Positions 23,491 to 36,112 of a DNA stretch of 64,000 bases are shown here, piece by piece. Numbering within the stretch: position 1 is the stretch's first letter; each line of letters starts with the position of its first letter. The stretch spans positions 1-64,000 of the forward strand of contig CDMY01000494.1 in NCBI GenBank assembly GCA_001179505.1, given 5' to 3'. The stretch comes from Vitrella brassicaformis CCMP3155 (lineage: Eukaryota; Protista; Chromerida). The notes below the pieces were generated by a model that saw only the letters and a list, made by a program, of their open reading frames with translations, ran no database searches and was not told where the DNA came from. A program made the translations under genes and the position numbers.

Positions 23491-25169
23491 ATGCCCCCGA
23501 AACGGAGTATGTTTACGCATGTGAACAAGCGATCCGCCGACCCAGCGGATCACATGGCGTCCCCGCCGGCTTCTCAGGCCCGGCGGTCGTCCATAGGCGC
23601 AAATAGCTGTGGGATTTGCTGCGAGGAGTACTCCGTCGACGGCGCACACCAGCCGCAGATGCTCAAATGCGGTCAGGGAAGATGCGTGAGAACATGGAGG
23701 CAAAGCTGACCATGTTTCCTCGTGCGTGCAGGCCACACCTTCTGCAAAGAGGTGGGATGGATGGATGGATGGACGGACGGATGGCAAAGAGATCTCTGTG
23801 TGTCCTCTCATGTTGTCTTCCTCAGTGTGTGGATCAGCTGGTCAAGAGCCATCGTCATGGTCTGCCTAGCGCCACATGCCCCACATGCAGGTCAGCCAAC
23901 GTCTCACGGATCCACACGCACACACCACTCCATGTATCAATGGCATCGTGCATCTGCACAGGAAGGAGACCCCCGCTTCAGATCTCGTCAAGAACTACGC
24001 CGTCATCAAAATGCTCGAGGCCGACCGTGCGCGCCACGACAGGGAGAGGGAGCGGAGGAAGAAGCTGCAGGAGCAGCTCGACGCACTCAAGCGGCAGGTG
24101 GCCGAGGAGAAGATCCAGCGGGCACAAACGTGTGTGTGCGCGCGTGTGTGTGTATGGCACCTGTTACCGCCCATCGATCTGTTTGAGTACTTCATAGTGG
24201 ACCTCGAAAGAGTACACACTGAAATTACGCCAAACCTGCTACGTGTTCAGGTCACGCGCATACACATGCACCACATCACCCACACACATGCAGTCACGGT
24301 GGATGGGTTCCTTACGCATTGGTGTGCCTCAGCGAGTGACGTCTGACTCATCAACGGGGCCCAGCGTGTTTGGCGAACAGCACATACGTCTAGCTGATGA
24401 AAGGATGAGTGCATTCATCCATCCGTCCAGCCACCCATCCACCCATCCACCCATCCACACAGACAAACATCCACCCCCCTCCCTCTCTGCACGGACGCCC
24501 GCTCCGACGCTGCTGTGCAAAGGCTCGAGACACCACTCAGGAACAGGTCCATGAAGCTCATCTACCGGTGGGCAGTCGACAACGTGGTGTAGGCGCAGCC
24601 AATGACTGACATGTTTGTCTCTTCTCTCTGTGTGTGGGGGGTGGGGTGTGGACACAGTGCGAGTCGTGATGGGTGGGGGTATCGTGACCTGGTGGCCAAG
24701 GTCGGCGCCAGGAGGAGCGGCGGGTACGTCTTCCTCATGTGCAAGAACCAGTACCAGTTCGGCGTCTGTCTGCCCGATGGCGACCTCAAGTAGGGCGGCA
24801 CTTCCTACGGCTGCAGCATGTGGTTCTTCGCACTCGACGGCGTGTTCTCCCTGCCCGTCCGCATCGACATCCCCCCGTGCGACCAGCAGATGGCGGCGGC
24901 GGCCAGGGGCGGGACAGTGAGAGGGTACGCTCGACCCATGCCATGAAAGACAGACAGAAAGATGCGTCCCTCTCCCACTGTGTGCCCTTTTTTTGCCTTT
25001 CCCTTGCAGGTGTGCGCGTCTGTCGTTTGGGAGTGGGTACCTCTACTTGGGGCATGGTGGCATGAATGGTGCGGCGGCCGACCTGTCGTACTGCCTGCAG
25101 TCGATGTTCCCCGCCCTGCCTGTCGGCCTCTTCACGCTCGACGAGCTGGAGGTGCTGCACATCGAGTAG
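23491..25169 (+). pseudogene. RING finger + coiled coil + TLDc-domain gene with one in-frame TAG (pseudogene, sequence error or readthrough)
   Basis: RING CGICC...LKCG|HTFCKE|CVDQL...CPTCR. TLDc MKLIYR|ASRDGWGY...FGVC...YLYLG...DELEVLHIE*. TAG at 24791-24793 lies inside the TLDc exon. Middle exons are uncertain. Confidence 0.65.
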
Positions 25170-25482
25170 GGGGTGGTGGGGTGGGAGGGGACAGTGTCAT
25201 GACATTGTATAGGAGGGGGACCCCTGTGGGCGTGTGTGTGTGTGTGTGTGTGTGCACATTCTCATCAAGGTGGGCCCAACGGATGGACGCAGTGCGAGCG
25301 TGTCGATGAATAAATGGGAGCGAAAAGGCCAAGACTGTTTCACGCACTTGCTGACGCTTCAAACGGACCCTCAATACTGTCATAAACCATCCTTTCTCTC
25401 CGACTTCGATCGGGCTCCAAGGGCTCATTTGCGAGCTTTGCCCCCCAAAAAAAACGCCGAGTCCCCTCCTCCGCTGCTGTCA

Positions 25483-26846
25483 ATGGCCTTCTTCCTTGCT
25501 GGTCGGCGGCAGACGCAGGGGCTGCCCAGGACCAATCTGTTTCAGGTGCCCCAACGGACAGAGCTGCTGAGATGGAACTCACACGCAGACCTCGCCCAAA
25601 CCCACCCCTCACCAGCCACCAAAGACGGCCGGCCGTCAGTGCGCAGGGGCCCTGGCAACGGAGTGAGCACCCAGACGGCCCTGCTGATGGCCGGCATGAA
25701 CAAACAGCACCGCCAACGGCTGACCAAGAAGAGGACATTCCTTCTCTCTGATGGGCGGAAGTCTGCTGAGGATCTGGAGGCCGTGTTGAGGGACCACCAC
25801 CAGAGAGAGGTTAGGGGCAGGACGGTGCGAGACAAAAAGAAGCGGGCCGGTGATCAGGGGTTGGGCAAGAGAACCGACAAGGGGGAGGTGAGGCGAGTCG
25901 GCCACAAAAGGAGGCTGGATGACTGTTATCGAAAGCGGGACGAGCACCTGCAGCTGTTCGACGGTATGCCGATGCACCACATGATTGAGTCTCCCCTCAC
26001 TTGTTTGCAATGCATGTTGTGTTGTTGTTTCAGAGACGCGTGTGTGCCTCCGCGAGTGGCGCGATGAGATCCGCTATGAGCGTGCGGCGGCGCACCGGTT
26101 CATGCGTGAGCTGCACGTGTGGCAGGGGAGGGCCTTTGAGTGGATCATCGACGACAGACAGCTCTCACAGGCGCTCGAGTCGCCGAGGGGCGAGCCCCTT
26201 GTCAGCCCCTACTTCGTGCTGCGGAAGGTGAGCATCCCAACCAAGAAAATCAATTTCTTCTCCTCTGTCTGTGTGATCTTTGTGTCTGTCCTGTTCCTTC
26301 CTTCATTGCCTGCAGGCTCCTCGCCTGCCTCTCCGTCTGGTGTTCTTCCCTAATGGCGACGTCGAGTCGGGCACCAACAAGGTGAGCATCCACCCATCCA
26401 CGTGCATCGGTCCTTTGGACACTCAGACATGCAGAGAGGCTTTCTGCGACCAATGTTTGTGTGCGCAGTGTGCCCTTTACGTCGAGTACACGCCTCGTCA
26501 GTGTCTGCTCCCTCAGTCCATCCACTGCGACGGCATCTACCTGCCCCTCGAAGACGCGCTTATCTACCACTCCATCTCATGCAGAACGACACACAAGACC
26601 ACTGACGAGTCAGGCAGCCCTGCGTGTGCAGGGCCTGCAGCTGCTGCTGGTGGTGTGTGTGATGGTGGTTGGCCGTTGGTGGGTCCGCTGGATTTGTGGG
26701 TGTGTGTGGGCGACGTGGTGAGGGGGCCGGTGAGCTTGTGTGGGGGTATGCACTTCGACGGATGGATGGACTTCTGTAGCAAGAGAAGCGTCGTTCGATT
26801 TGTGCAGGAGGCGGGATATCTCGCTATCAGGTGTCAGGTGGAGTGA
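25483..26846 (+). CDS. Protein with basic N-terminus and MATH/TRAF-like C-terminal domain
   Basis: Exons read FEWII...LVSPYFVLRK|APRLPLRLVFFPNGD...CALYVEY...YLAIRCQVE*, resembling the MATH pattern (SPxF, LxFFPNG, LYV, LxIxCxV). Confidence 0.55.
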
Positions 26847-27719
26847 CCGACCGATTTCTTACCTAGCCGATGGATGGTGTCTGTCTGTCTGTCTCTTGCT
26901 CTGTTCTTGCTGGAAGCTCTAATAGATACATGTACACAACACATACATACATGTATACTGATTCACTCATCGAGCGCCGCGCCATCTGTGCGCTCTCTCT
27001 GTTGGTCTCATTTCTCGCTGTGAGTGAGTATACCCCCTACACACCGGTCAGTCAATCGACACCTACTTCCTTCCATGCATCTGTCTGTGCGTGTCGGCTT
27101 CGTTCCGCTCGGTAAACTGCCTGTCAGGTCTCATTGCACTGGTGCGAATACATAAACATACATAACATACAGACATACACGCATACATACATGTGACACC
27201 CACTGGTCGGCCTTTTGCCTCTGGAAGACCTTGGGTGAACTAAAGACCTTGAAGGAAGAAGCTCAGTGTGTGCTCGTGAGTCCGCGTGGATATTGGTGTG
27301 AAGGCCGCCCGCCCGTCCGCCGTATGTCATAGAGTATGACTCCCCCATCCGCTCATCCATCCATCCACGCCAGGTAGGTCACACACGGCACACACGTCAC
27401 CACACCACACCACACCACACCACGTCTCAGCTTTAGCTCTGCATGCATACAGACATACGAGACGGAGGGAGAGGGAGGGAGGGAGGGAGGTGAAAGATGG
27501 CCCGGCCGAGAGACGCGAAAAAACGTATGCGATTACAAAACCTGTGAAGATGGTGTGGATGGATGGATAGATAATGTCCCACAAGCTAAGCTAATCAGCC
27601 ATACCTTCCTGCCAGCCTATTCCAGTTCCCCTCCCCTCCACCCACCTAGGCAAAACCCTAGCAAAAGGTCCTACGCAGCAAACCAGCCAACCGGTCAGCC
27701 AACCTAATGTTAAGTGGTC

Positions 27720-27740
27720 CCCCTCTCTCTCTCCCCTCTC

Positions 27741-27774
<34 letters not shown>

Positions 27775-27780
27775 CCCTTC
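27720..27780. repeat. (CT)n microsatellite
   Basis: ~60-bp imperfect CT dinucleotide tract just past the WS/DGAT stop codon. Confidence 0.9.
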
Positions 27781-27801
27781 CCTGTCTCGCTAGTGATCTG
27801 T

Positions 27802-30800
27802 TTATTTGGTACGGTCAAGGCCGACAGTTTCGGCCTTGAGCTGTTGAAACTCCTCCAGCCAGCACTTGGCGAGCAGGTCAGGCCGCCTCAGTGCGTGTGT
27901 GTCGGCCTGCACAGCGACCAGCATGTGGTCGTGGTAGCTGAACACCGCCAGGCCGACCCCGACCTTACAACCCAATAAAGGCAGACACAGACAGAAGAGA
28001 GGTGAGTGACATAAGGGCGTTTTGTGGATGCCTAGCCTAGCAGATAGTGCTATGTGTGTGTATGTACCTCGTATGGTATGGGGACGAAGAAGAATAGGTC
28101 ATAGACGGGAAGGCCGCCGAAGACCCTCTGGGTGGTGGGGCCCGGCACGTTCGTCATCACACAACTGATCTGCACGCACACACACACACACGAAGGCCAC
28201 ACGGCACACATCTGCCATTGTATGTGCCCCCTTGGTTGCTTGTCTTGTAAGTGTGTCTGTCCTGACTGACCTTGCGGGTGAATCGCTTGAAGATGGCGCA
28301 GAAGACCCATCCCGGGAAGGCGTACATTAAAATCTCAAAGGCCATGAAGGCCGGCAGCAGCACACCCGAATACACCTTCCCCGCCGCCCTCTGCTCCTCC
28401 TCGCTCATCCGCCTCCACCCCTTCCCCTTCGCCCGCAGCCTCTTGGCGCACCCAAGGATGTCCAGCCAGCCACTGGTCTCTGTGGCCCTCGTCCCCCCTG
28501 CTTTGCCCGACCCCTCCTTGTATTTCGCCATCTGTGCCGTCACGCGACACAGCCGCTCGACCGAAGACGACTCCACACATGTGGGGAAGGGCAGTATTCC
28601 CCCTCCGTACACGTTGCGCAGCCCGTCGCCTGTCTGGCCCGCCTTGCGCTTGTTGACGGCCACCAGCAGGCGCATCTCGTCCTGCAGCCGGACAGGCTTG
28701 GGGTCGGTGCTGCGGGCGAACCACGACCGTCTCCCGGGGCTCAATGCGGCCTTGTCGCTGCTGTCGCCCGTCCGTGTGGAGACCGACTCGTTGCTCATGG
28801 AGGGGAAGAACAGCGGCAGGCAGAAGGGGAAGCCGCGATTGGCGCTGCCGTCGGTGGTGCTGGCCCGGTGTGGCGACCGCTGGAGGGGCGTCCTCTCGGG
28901 GCTCAGGCAGCTCCGCAGCGACGACAGGAAGCTGGGCCGACTTCTGTCGTGAGGATGGTGCCTCGCCGGGCAGGGGGCGAAGAGCGCCGACCTCAGGCTG
29001 GGCAGCGACCGGCTCGTGCGGATGGTGTCCTTGCGTGTGTGTGAGGCGGCCACGGGGGTGGTGCATCCTTGAGGGGTCAAGGTGCCGTAGGACGGCGCCA
29101 TGACGGCCGTTGGTTCGCTCAGCGGGGGGAAGGCCATCGGGGACGAAACAGCCGAGCCCAGCTGAGGGGCGTTGACACTCGATGATGACGCCTCATTGGT
29201 GGACTTGGGAGAGGCGGCCGTGAGCGGTGTGGCGAGGGAGGGCAGGCGTGAGACGTCCAGGGTCTCTCCGGTGCCTGTCGAGTCAGCGACCGAGCCCCTG
29301 CGGAGGTCGCCGTCCATGAGTGTGGGGGTGGTGACTGGCGTGTCGGTGGTGAGATAGCTGCCCGGCCTGGGCCGTCGCTCTCCGCTGCCAGAGTGGTTGA
29401 TGGTGTCCTCCTGCTGCTGTTGGTGCTGTGCATATCGAGTGTAGGCGCCGACGAGGCAGGCCGTCATGACGTCGTTGACTGTCATGGACTGGGAGCCCCA
29501 TGAGCGGCCGGCGACTGGAGGGACATACACAGGGGACTTTGGCTCGTCGGGCGACTTGGGCTCCTCGTCGCTGCTCGTCGTCCCGGTCGTCTCGCGAGAA
29601 TAAATGGGTCCCTTCCGCTGCCGCGTGCCGCACCCAAAGAGGGACTCGCGGCACCTCTTCTTCTTGTCGTCGTCTCCCTTGCCGCTCTTCCACTGCTCAT
29701 GCTGGCCGCTGTTGAAGTAGTCCTTGATGGACTTGACCTCCTGCAGGCTCACTCGCACCGGCAGACTCACACGCCGCTGATTGGACGCTAGCGGCCGGCG
29801 CATCGACGGCGCATCCCAGGACCGCTCCACAGGCCATGTGCAGCTCTGCAGCAGCAGGGACGGCGCCCGCCACAGACGCAGAAGTGGGCGGATGCGGCTG
29901 AGGAGCGAGGGCCCTCGGCGTTTCATGGCTGGGCGGGATGGTGCTGGGGAGGGGGAGGGCGAGATGTCGGGGGAGGGGACCAGGGAGGGGCTCATGATGG
30001 AGGGAGGGTCCAGCAGGTCGTTCGTGTGGATCTCAACCAGAGCTGCCAAAGCAAAAGGGGATGGATGACCGACAAATAGTCAATCCGTAGAGCGTTCAAT
30101 TCGATGCAAAGCAGGTGTGGTTGTTTCTTGTCTCCCTCCCTTACCTATTCCGTCAGCGAGTGTGTGGTGGTATCTGGCAATTAGCACGGTAAAGGGGCCC
30201 CTGAACACGCCATCACTGGTCTGGTCCTCACCAGGGGCTGAGGAGTGGTCAGCGTAGGCGAACAGCGGGTCATCGAGCATCACATTCTCTAGCACATGCA
30301 GCCGCCTGCACCCACAAGAAGGCAATGACGCATGCCATCTCCCTCGCTCGCTCGCTCGCTCCCTCCCTCCCTCCCTCCCTCCCTCCCTCCCTCGACCCTT
30401 CCTTGTGTGTCTCACGCACCACGGGGGGTGTTCCTTGTGCAGAGGCTTGTTGTTGACCTCAGCGACGAATGCCTCGAGGTCTCCCCGCTTCACCACCCGG
30501 TGGGGCCCCCCGCCGCGCACCACCTCATCCAAGGGCACAGCGCTCACGTGGTAGTCGATATCGACGTCATCCTGCGGCACCCAGCAGTACCGCCACAGCT
30601 GACGCTCCACGCGACACCGCAGCCTCGGGTGCTTGAGCACCACCCTTTCCTCGTCGCCCGACGATGGGCCGTCGGCGGCCGTGGTGGCATTGAGCCACCG
30701 GTCGGTGACGAGCTTCTGGATCTCCTTGTGAGGGACGTTGCCGCAGATGAAGCAGCCCGTGATAATGAAGTGCGGCTGCCGCCACAGGTAGTCCTCCTGC

Positions 30801-31045
30801 CCGTCGAGAGGGATGCGGTCTGTTGGCGGCGGTGGGACGCCATTGCCATTGCTGCTGTCGCTCTGCTGCCCTCTCTTGTTGCTGCTCCTTGTCCGTGCAT
30901 TCCTGCGGCAGATGAGGAGCGAGTACAGCTTGTTGACAACGGCCCTCGCGACAAAGAAGAACGTCAGCGGTCCCGTGAAGATGCTGATGGCGGCGATGAG
31001 GACGGTGATGTCCCAGACGAGTGTGAAACAGCGAAACAAACCCAT
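27802..31045 (-). CDS. Wax ester synthase / diacylglycerol acyltransferase (WS/DGAT), ~5 exons
   Basis: N-terminal hydrophobic anchor, KHPRLR, DIDYHV, PLHKEHPPW|RLHVL. Catalytic HHxxxDG as YHHTLADG. Also TVNDVMTACLVGA, CVMTNVPGP and GVGLAVFSY; TAA at 27802-27804. Confidence 0.9.
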
Positions 31046-31307
31046 CGGTGCACGAGGGCGGGCTGAATCAGCAAGTGGGATTCGCAGACACAAATTGGTC
31101 ACACTGATAATGCATGTCGGTGCATCTCACGATCGTACAATAGCGAGACGGTCTGGAGAGCGAAGGTCTCGCGAGAGAAGGTCTGTATCTCTATCCTCCG
31201 TGAAACGAACACGTAGCTCGCAGGGCCACGCCCCGGATTTGCGCCTCGCAGCAAGATGGTCTGATAGCCGATAGCCTCGGCCTTCCCCGCCCTCCCTTGC
31301 GGTGGCG

Positions 31308-34216
31308 ATGGAGTCGCCGAGCAAGCGGCGGAGGCTGAGCTGTGCGGAGGTGAGAGGGGGCGCGGGACAGCCCGCGTGATGCACGACGTGCATCCACAGC
31401 ATGTGATCTTGTCGTGTGTGGGTGTGGATTTGATTGTGGTTCAGCTGGAGTCCATCGCCAGCGTGATGGCGGGTGTGAGGGGCAGGTATGAGCACGTCCT
31501 CGACAAGATCAACGCGCTGGACCGACAGGTAAGGGGCAGCCGAGACATGAGCACCGAAGAGTGAGTGATCCCTAGTGCATGTGTGTGGATCTGTGTGCAA
31601 TCAGGCCAGCGAGGCGTTGACGCTCAGGGAGAGCCAGGAGCGGACACTGGGCAAAGACATGTGCCCCAACGTAGCTAAGGTAACGGACCGACATGACGAC
31701 ACACCGGCAGCTTCCTGACCGTTGCCTCCGTGCCTCTCCCTCCTGGTGTGCATGTGCGTGTCTGTGCAGATGGTGTGTCTGGATTACGAGAGGTTCAAAG
31801 TCCTGCTGTCCAAGATAGGACCAGCCGACAACGTCACGCCCAGCACCCAGGACATCCTCATCAATATCGCCCAGCAGAAACTCTCTGCCATGACACACAA
31901 CCTACACCTAGATGTAAGCACGGTCACAAACTGACAGCCGCCCACGTATCTAGACAGGGAGGAGGCAGCATTCATCCCTTGTGTGTGCGTGTGTGATGTT
32001 TTCTGTTCAGTCCTTGGCGCCGTCGCTGCTCACCCTCCCTGACGCGCTCCTGTTTGACCGACTCGGCCCCCTCCTCGGCACCGAGTCCGTCATCGGCGGC
32101 CTCTCGCGGGCCCACTCGTCCTTCCTGGGCCCCTCCCACGACCCCGACATGCACACCACCGTCACCTTCATGGCCGACCGCGCCATCGACCTGACCGACG
32201 GGCAGCTGGAGGCGTGGCGGCCCCGGCTGGCCAAGACCAAGGGGGCGGTGCTGCGTTGTCACATGAACATGGGGATGGTGCGACTCCTGGAGGGCATGAG
32301 GGACAGCCTCGAGAGTCTGGAAGCCGACAGCCACAGCGCGCAGGAGCACGAGCTAGAGGGTGTGGACGGATGGGGGGCGGCGTTCCCTCTTTTGGAGACG
32401 GTAGTGGTGGGCGGGCGATGGGGGTGGGTCTCATATCTGCGGGCCTGGGGACTCGGGTGAGTGACGAACAACACAACACACACCCAAAGTCCCAGACACC
32501 CACCACACCACCTACCCCTGCCTGTCGTGTGAGGCAGGTCGCTCGAGTGTGTCGAGTTGCGCAAGCTGAGCACGGAGGAGCAGACGGCCCACGACAACGA
32601 ATTTATGGCTTACGACACATGGTATGGGCGCGACTGGCTGCAGGAGCACGACGGCGTACGCACCCTCACCCTCTCGCCCCCATTCGCGTGGGATGCGCGT
32701 GAGGCGATGATGCTTGTCGAGCGGACGAGCGTCGACACGGTGAAGAGCTTCAGCGTGACGGCGGACGAGCCGGACCTAGAGGGGTGGGTTAACTATAAGG
32801 TCGGGAGGACCTATAATGACATGGAAGTGGAGCCGCTAAGGTCGCTCGAGGACATCGAGGCCACCATCAATGCCAAACAGATCACCCCAAGCATCATATC
32901 GGTGAGAGACCAATGCGCGTACACACAAGGGAGTGGTCATTTGCACCCTGTCCGTTGCCTGTGGTGTCACACAGTCACTGAACGCGGTCCACAAGTACTG
33001 TGTGGACCCTGAGGGCAATGAGGACTACAGCAGCAGCACATTCGACTTCCCCTTCGCCATCCTCTGGCCCGCACAGCCCGGCAGCCCCATCCGCAACATC
33101 TACGACGACGAGAGCCCCGCATTCGCGTCATCCACCCTCACCCTGGCGGCCTCGCTCGCCACATCGGTGACCTTCCCCACCAGCCTCGCACAAGACAACA
33201 TCATCCAGGCCTTCTACTCCCTGCTGCCCAAGCTGGTCTTCACATCAGCCCGCACCCTCACCCTGCAGAAGGCCAGGGACACCAACAACCCCCTCCCACA
33301 GCCACTGCTCTTCAACCTCGGCCGCGTCTTCCCATCGGTGCGGTCCATCGACATGGGCAGGGCGCGGCAGCTGGGCGAGGAGGCCGTCGTCAAGGCGATA
33401 GACGACCTCCCATCGCTGCGAATTTTGCGCTTCGCACGGCAGCCCTCTTTTCATGGGAAGCCGTTTTTCCTTCCATCGTACTTGAGGAACTGTGCCGGTG
33501 CTGGCCCACTGCTGCACATCAAGTGTGCGTTCTACACGGGTATGAATGGCAGTGAGGATTGGTCGGTGTGGGAGGGGCAGCCAGATGAGGGCGGTGAGGA
33601 TGGGGCGGGTGGGGCGGATAGCGGCAGCAAGATGGATATGGATGTGTCGTTGGGGGAGGCAGAGGGCGACAAGGGCAGCAGCAACAAGGGCAAGGGCATA
33701 GAGCGCCGCATCCGGCACATCAGCGTGTTTTTCGCTACCCCACTCTTCTGGGGTGCTGCGGAAGCCGGTGTGGGAGATGGGGAGCTGGGGCGGGGAGGGA
33801 GATGGGGAGTGAGATGGGAGGCAGATGGATGGAGATGGCGTGTTTTTCGCTACTTCGCTGCAGAGGGCGGAGAGGGAGGTGAGGAGGGAGAGGAAGACGA
33901 GGAATGGGAGGCAGACAAACCCGAAATGCTAGTCTGGTCTCGGCTGTTTCGCACATGCGTCAAGGCCATCGCCACTCTGCCCAAGCTAGATTACATCACA
34001 CTCACCACCGACGATACACTCCCTGTCGAGTCGCTGCACGAGGATGGGGAGGCAGGCGTAGCCGAGCGGCTGAGCCCTCACGGGTTCGCCGCTGTGCAGA
34101 CAGGACCCTGTAGCGTTGAGCTGTATCGGAAGGGGCTGCCCGTCACGGCGGGCCAGCGACTGATCACTGACTACTTCTCGCCTATCTGTGTCGATAATAG
34201 CAACGGGATGGAGTGA
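31308..34216 (+). CDS. F-box/LRR-like protein with N-terminal NLS and coiled coil and a C-terminal PIP-box motif
   Basis: MESPSKRRRL|LESIASVM... is followed by F-box-like LLTLPDALLFDRLGPLLG, LRR-like FPSVRSIDM, LPSLRILRF and LPKLDYITL, and QRLITDYF at 34154-34177. Stop at 34214-34216. Confidence 0.6.
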
Positions 34217-36112
34217 GACCGTCGTCAGATTAGTGGTGCCGGCGTTTCCTCTGTACCTTGATGATGTCATCAGTCTCGTTTCTGGCGATTCCATCGGCCA
34301 TGAGCGATCCCGATGGCATTCGATGAGGTGCAGGGGAGCGCATTTGGCCCACTCATGTGCCTTACTGACTTGACGGTTACATGAGTCACTCACTGATCAT
34401 CAGAGAGCTGGGGGCACACGGATGTGGTGTACAGATTGACTCGTGCTTCCGTGTGCGCCTGCTTTATCCATATCTCTCTCCTTGTGTTGTGTCTGGCTGG
34501 AGCGCACTGTTTCTTCTCCATCTCCTCTCTCTCGAGCTCGCCTGTCGTCCTCTCTCTCGAGCCTGTCTCTGAGTCTGTCTGCCTGGTCACTGACTGTGTG
34601 TGTGGTCGTGGCGTTCAAACCGAAACAGCGGCAGTCCCCACAAGTGTCCATCCGCTGTCTCAGAAGCACTGGACACCCTACACACACACACACACACACA
34701 CGCAGAGCCACCCATCCACCCCCTCAGCACATCACACAGACACCTTTTCCGTGTCTGACGACTGACTGATTGTACGGTACGACAGCACTTTTTTCTACCT
34801 GCCTCTCTCTCGCCCTCTCTGTGTTGGCTGCCGTCCCCTGCCAACGCAGAGTCTCGTAGCTGCTCACTCGGCGCTGTTTTGCCTCTCCTTTCCCTCTGGT
34901 GAGCTGAGCTGTGACGTTTTCGTGTGCGCCGCTTGTCTGCCAAGAAGTGGCGCACACTCGCCGGTCCGGATCTTCCTGGTGTCATGTCTGCATGGATCAT
35001 CTGTCCCCGAGGGCCGCCGATTCTCTCACTCAGTCACCTGCTGTGCTGCTGCTGAGAGATGTGTGCTCGGTGTGCTGTCTTGGGTGGGATGATCCATGCA
35101 GATATCCCGCCAGCACCGGACTCGAGTGGCCATGGCCGCTGGGGGTTTAGAAAACCCTCGCGGCCGGCGGTCTGCGGTGACGTGCGACCTCGTCGTCGTG
35201 GGCCGTTCGAGAGAGCCAGGCAGGCAACTCACACAGCTTGGAATCGAATCACGCAGCGGTGGTGCTGCATTGGCAGGGTGGGCTCGTCTCATCCGCGGTA
35301 CCACTGTGGGGATCACTTACTGGCTGGCTGTATGGTCGTACGTATGAGGGAGAGGGAGTGGTGGTCGGGGTGTGTGTGTGGGTGTAGGGGGGACGTTCAA
35401 ATGGCGCGGGCTTTGTTGTGTGTCCGCATACAGACACGTCCATGCATGCGCCAATGTCGGGCGGCAGCCACGGTCAAGGCCCATCCGCGGTCTGGGGAGC
35501 AAGGGGCCACCACACACACACACACACACACACATCCAGGCATGGCCAGACAGACACACAGACAGACAGACAGACAGGGGCTCTCTTCTTCTCTCTATCC
35601 TCCGTGCGTTTGATCTTCTGACTTGACCCGACTCGATGTATGCTGTCTGTTTGTCTGTCCTGTTCTGTGCAGTCAGTCACGTGTTTGTCCATCTGTTTGT
35701 CCATGGATGTGGGATGCTCCGTGATGATCTGCTGGTCGACAAGCCGGGATACTCATCTTTGTAGATTCTTTGCGCAGTGGTGTTGTTGTTCTTTCTGGCT
35801 TTGACTCGCTCCCTCGCGATGGAGATGGTGCACTCTCGTCGATCGAGTGCATCGTCACCATCGCGAAGCAGCGAGTTGAGGACACAAAGACACACCAAGG
35901 TGCAGCTCTTGGATATGGTATTATGACCTACCGGCCAGAAGAAAGGAGGACAATACCTTCAACGGATGCTCGCCATGCACTGGGGGGCCGGCCCCCTCCG
36001 TTCTGTCCCGGCCGCCGTCACAGCCCGCGTCTTACGGTCTTCTTACGACACATTACAGGGCAAATCTCTCAGCTGCCGCACAGCTGTTGTACACATGAGA
36101 AATCGGCCGGCG

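Noticed and set aside
13862-25169. Genome-wide TAG codon reassignment
   Set aside because: TAG terminates apparently normal genes in this window, and the internal TAGs align to different amino acids.
34300-36100. Exon-like segments upstream of the secreted-protein gene
   Set aside because: Some splice signals are present but I could not build a consistent protein; these may be UTR exons.
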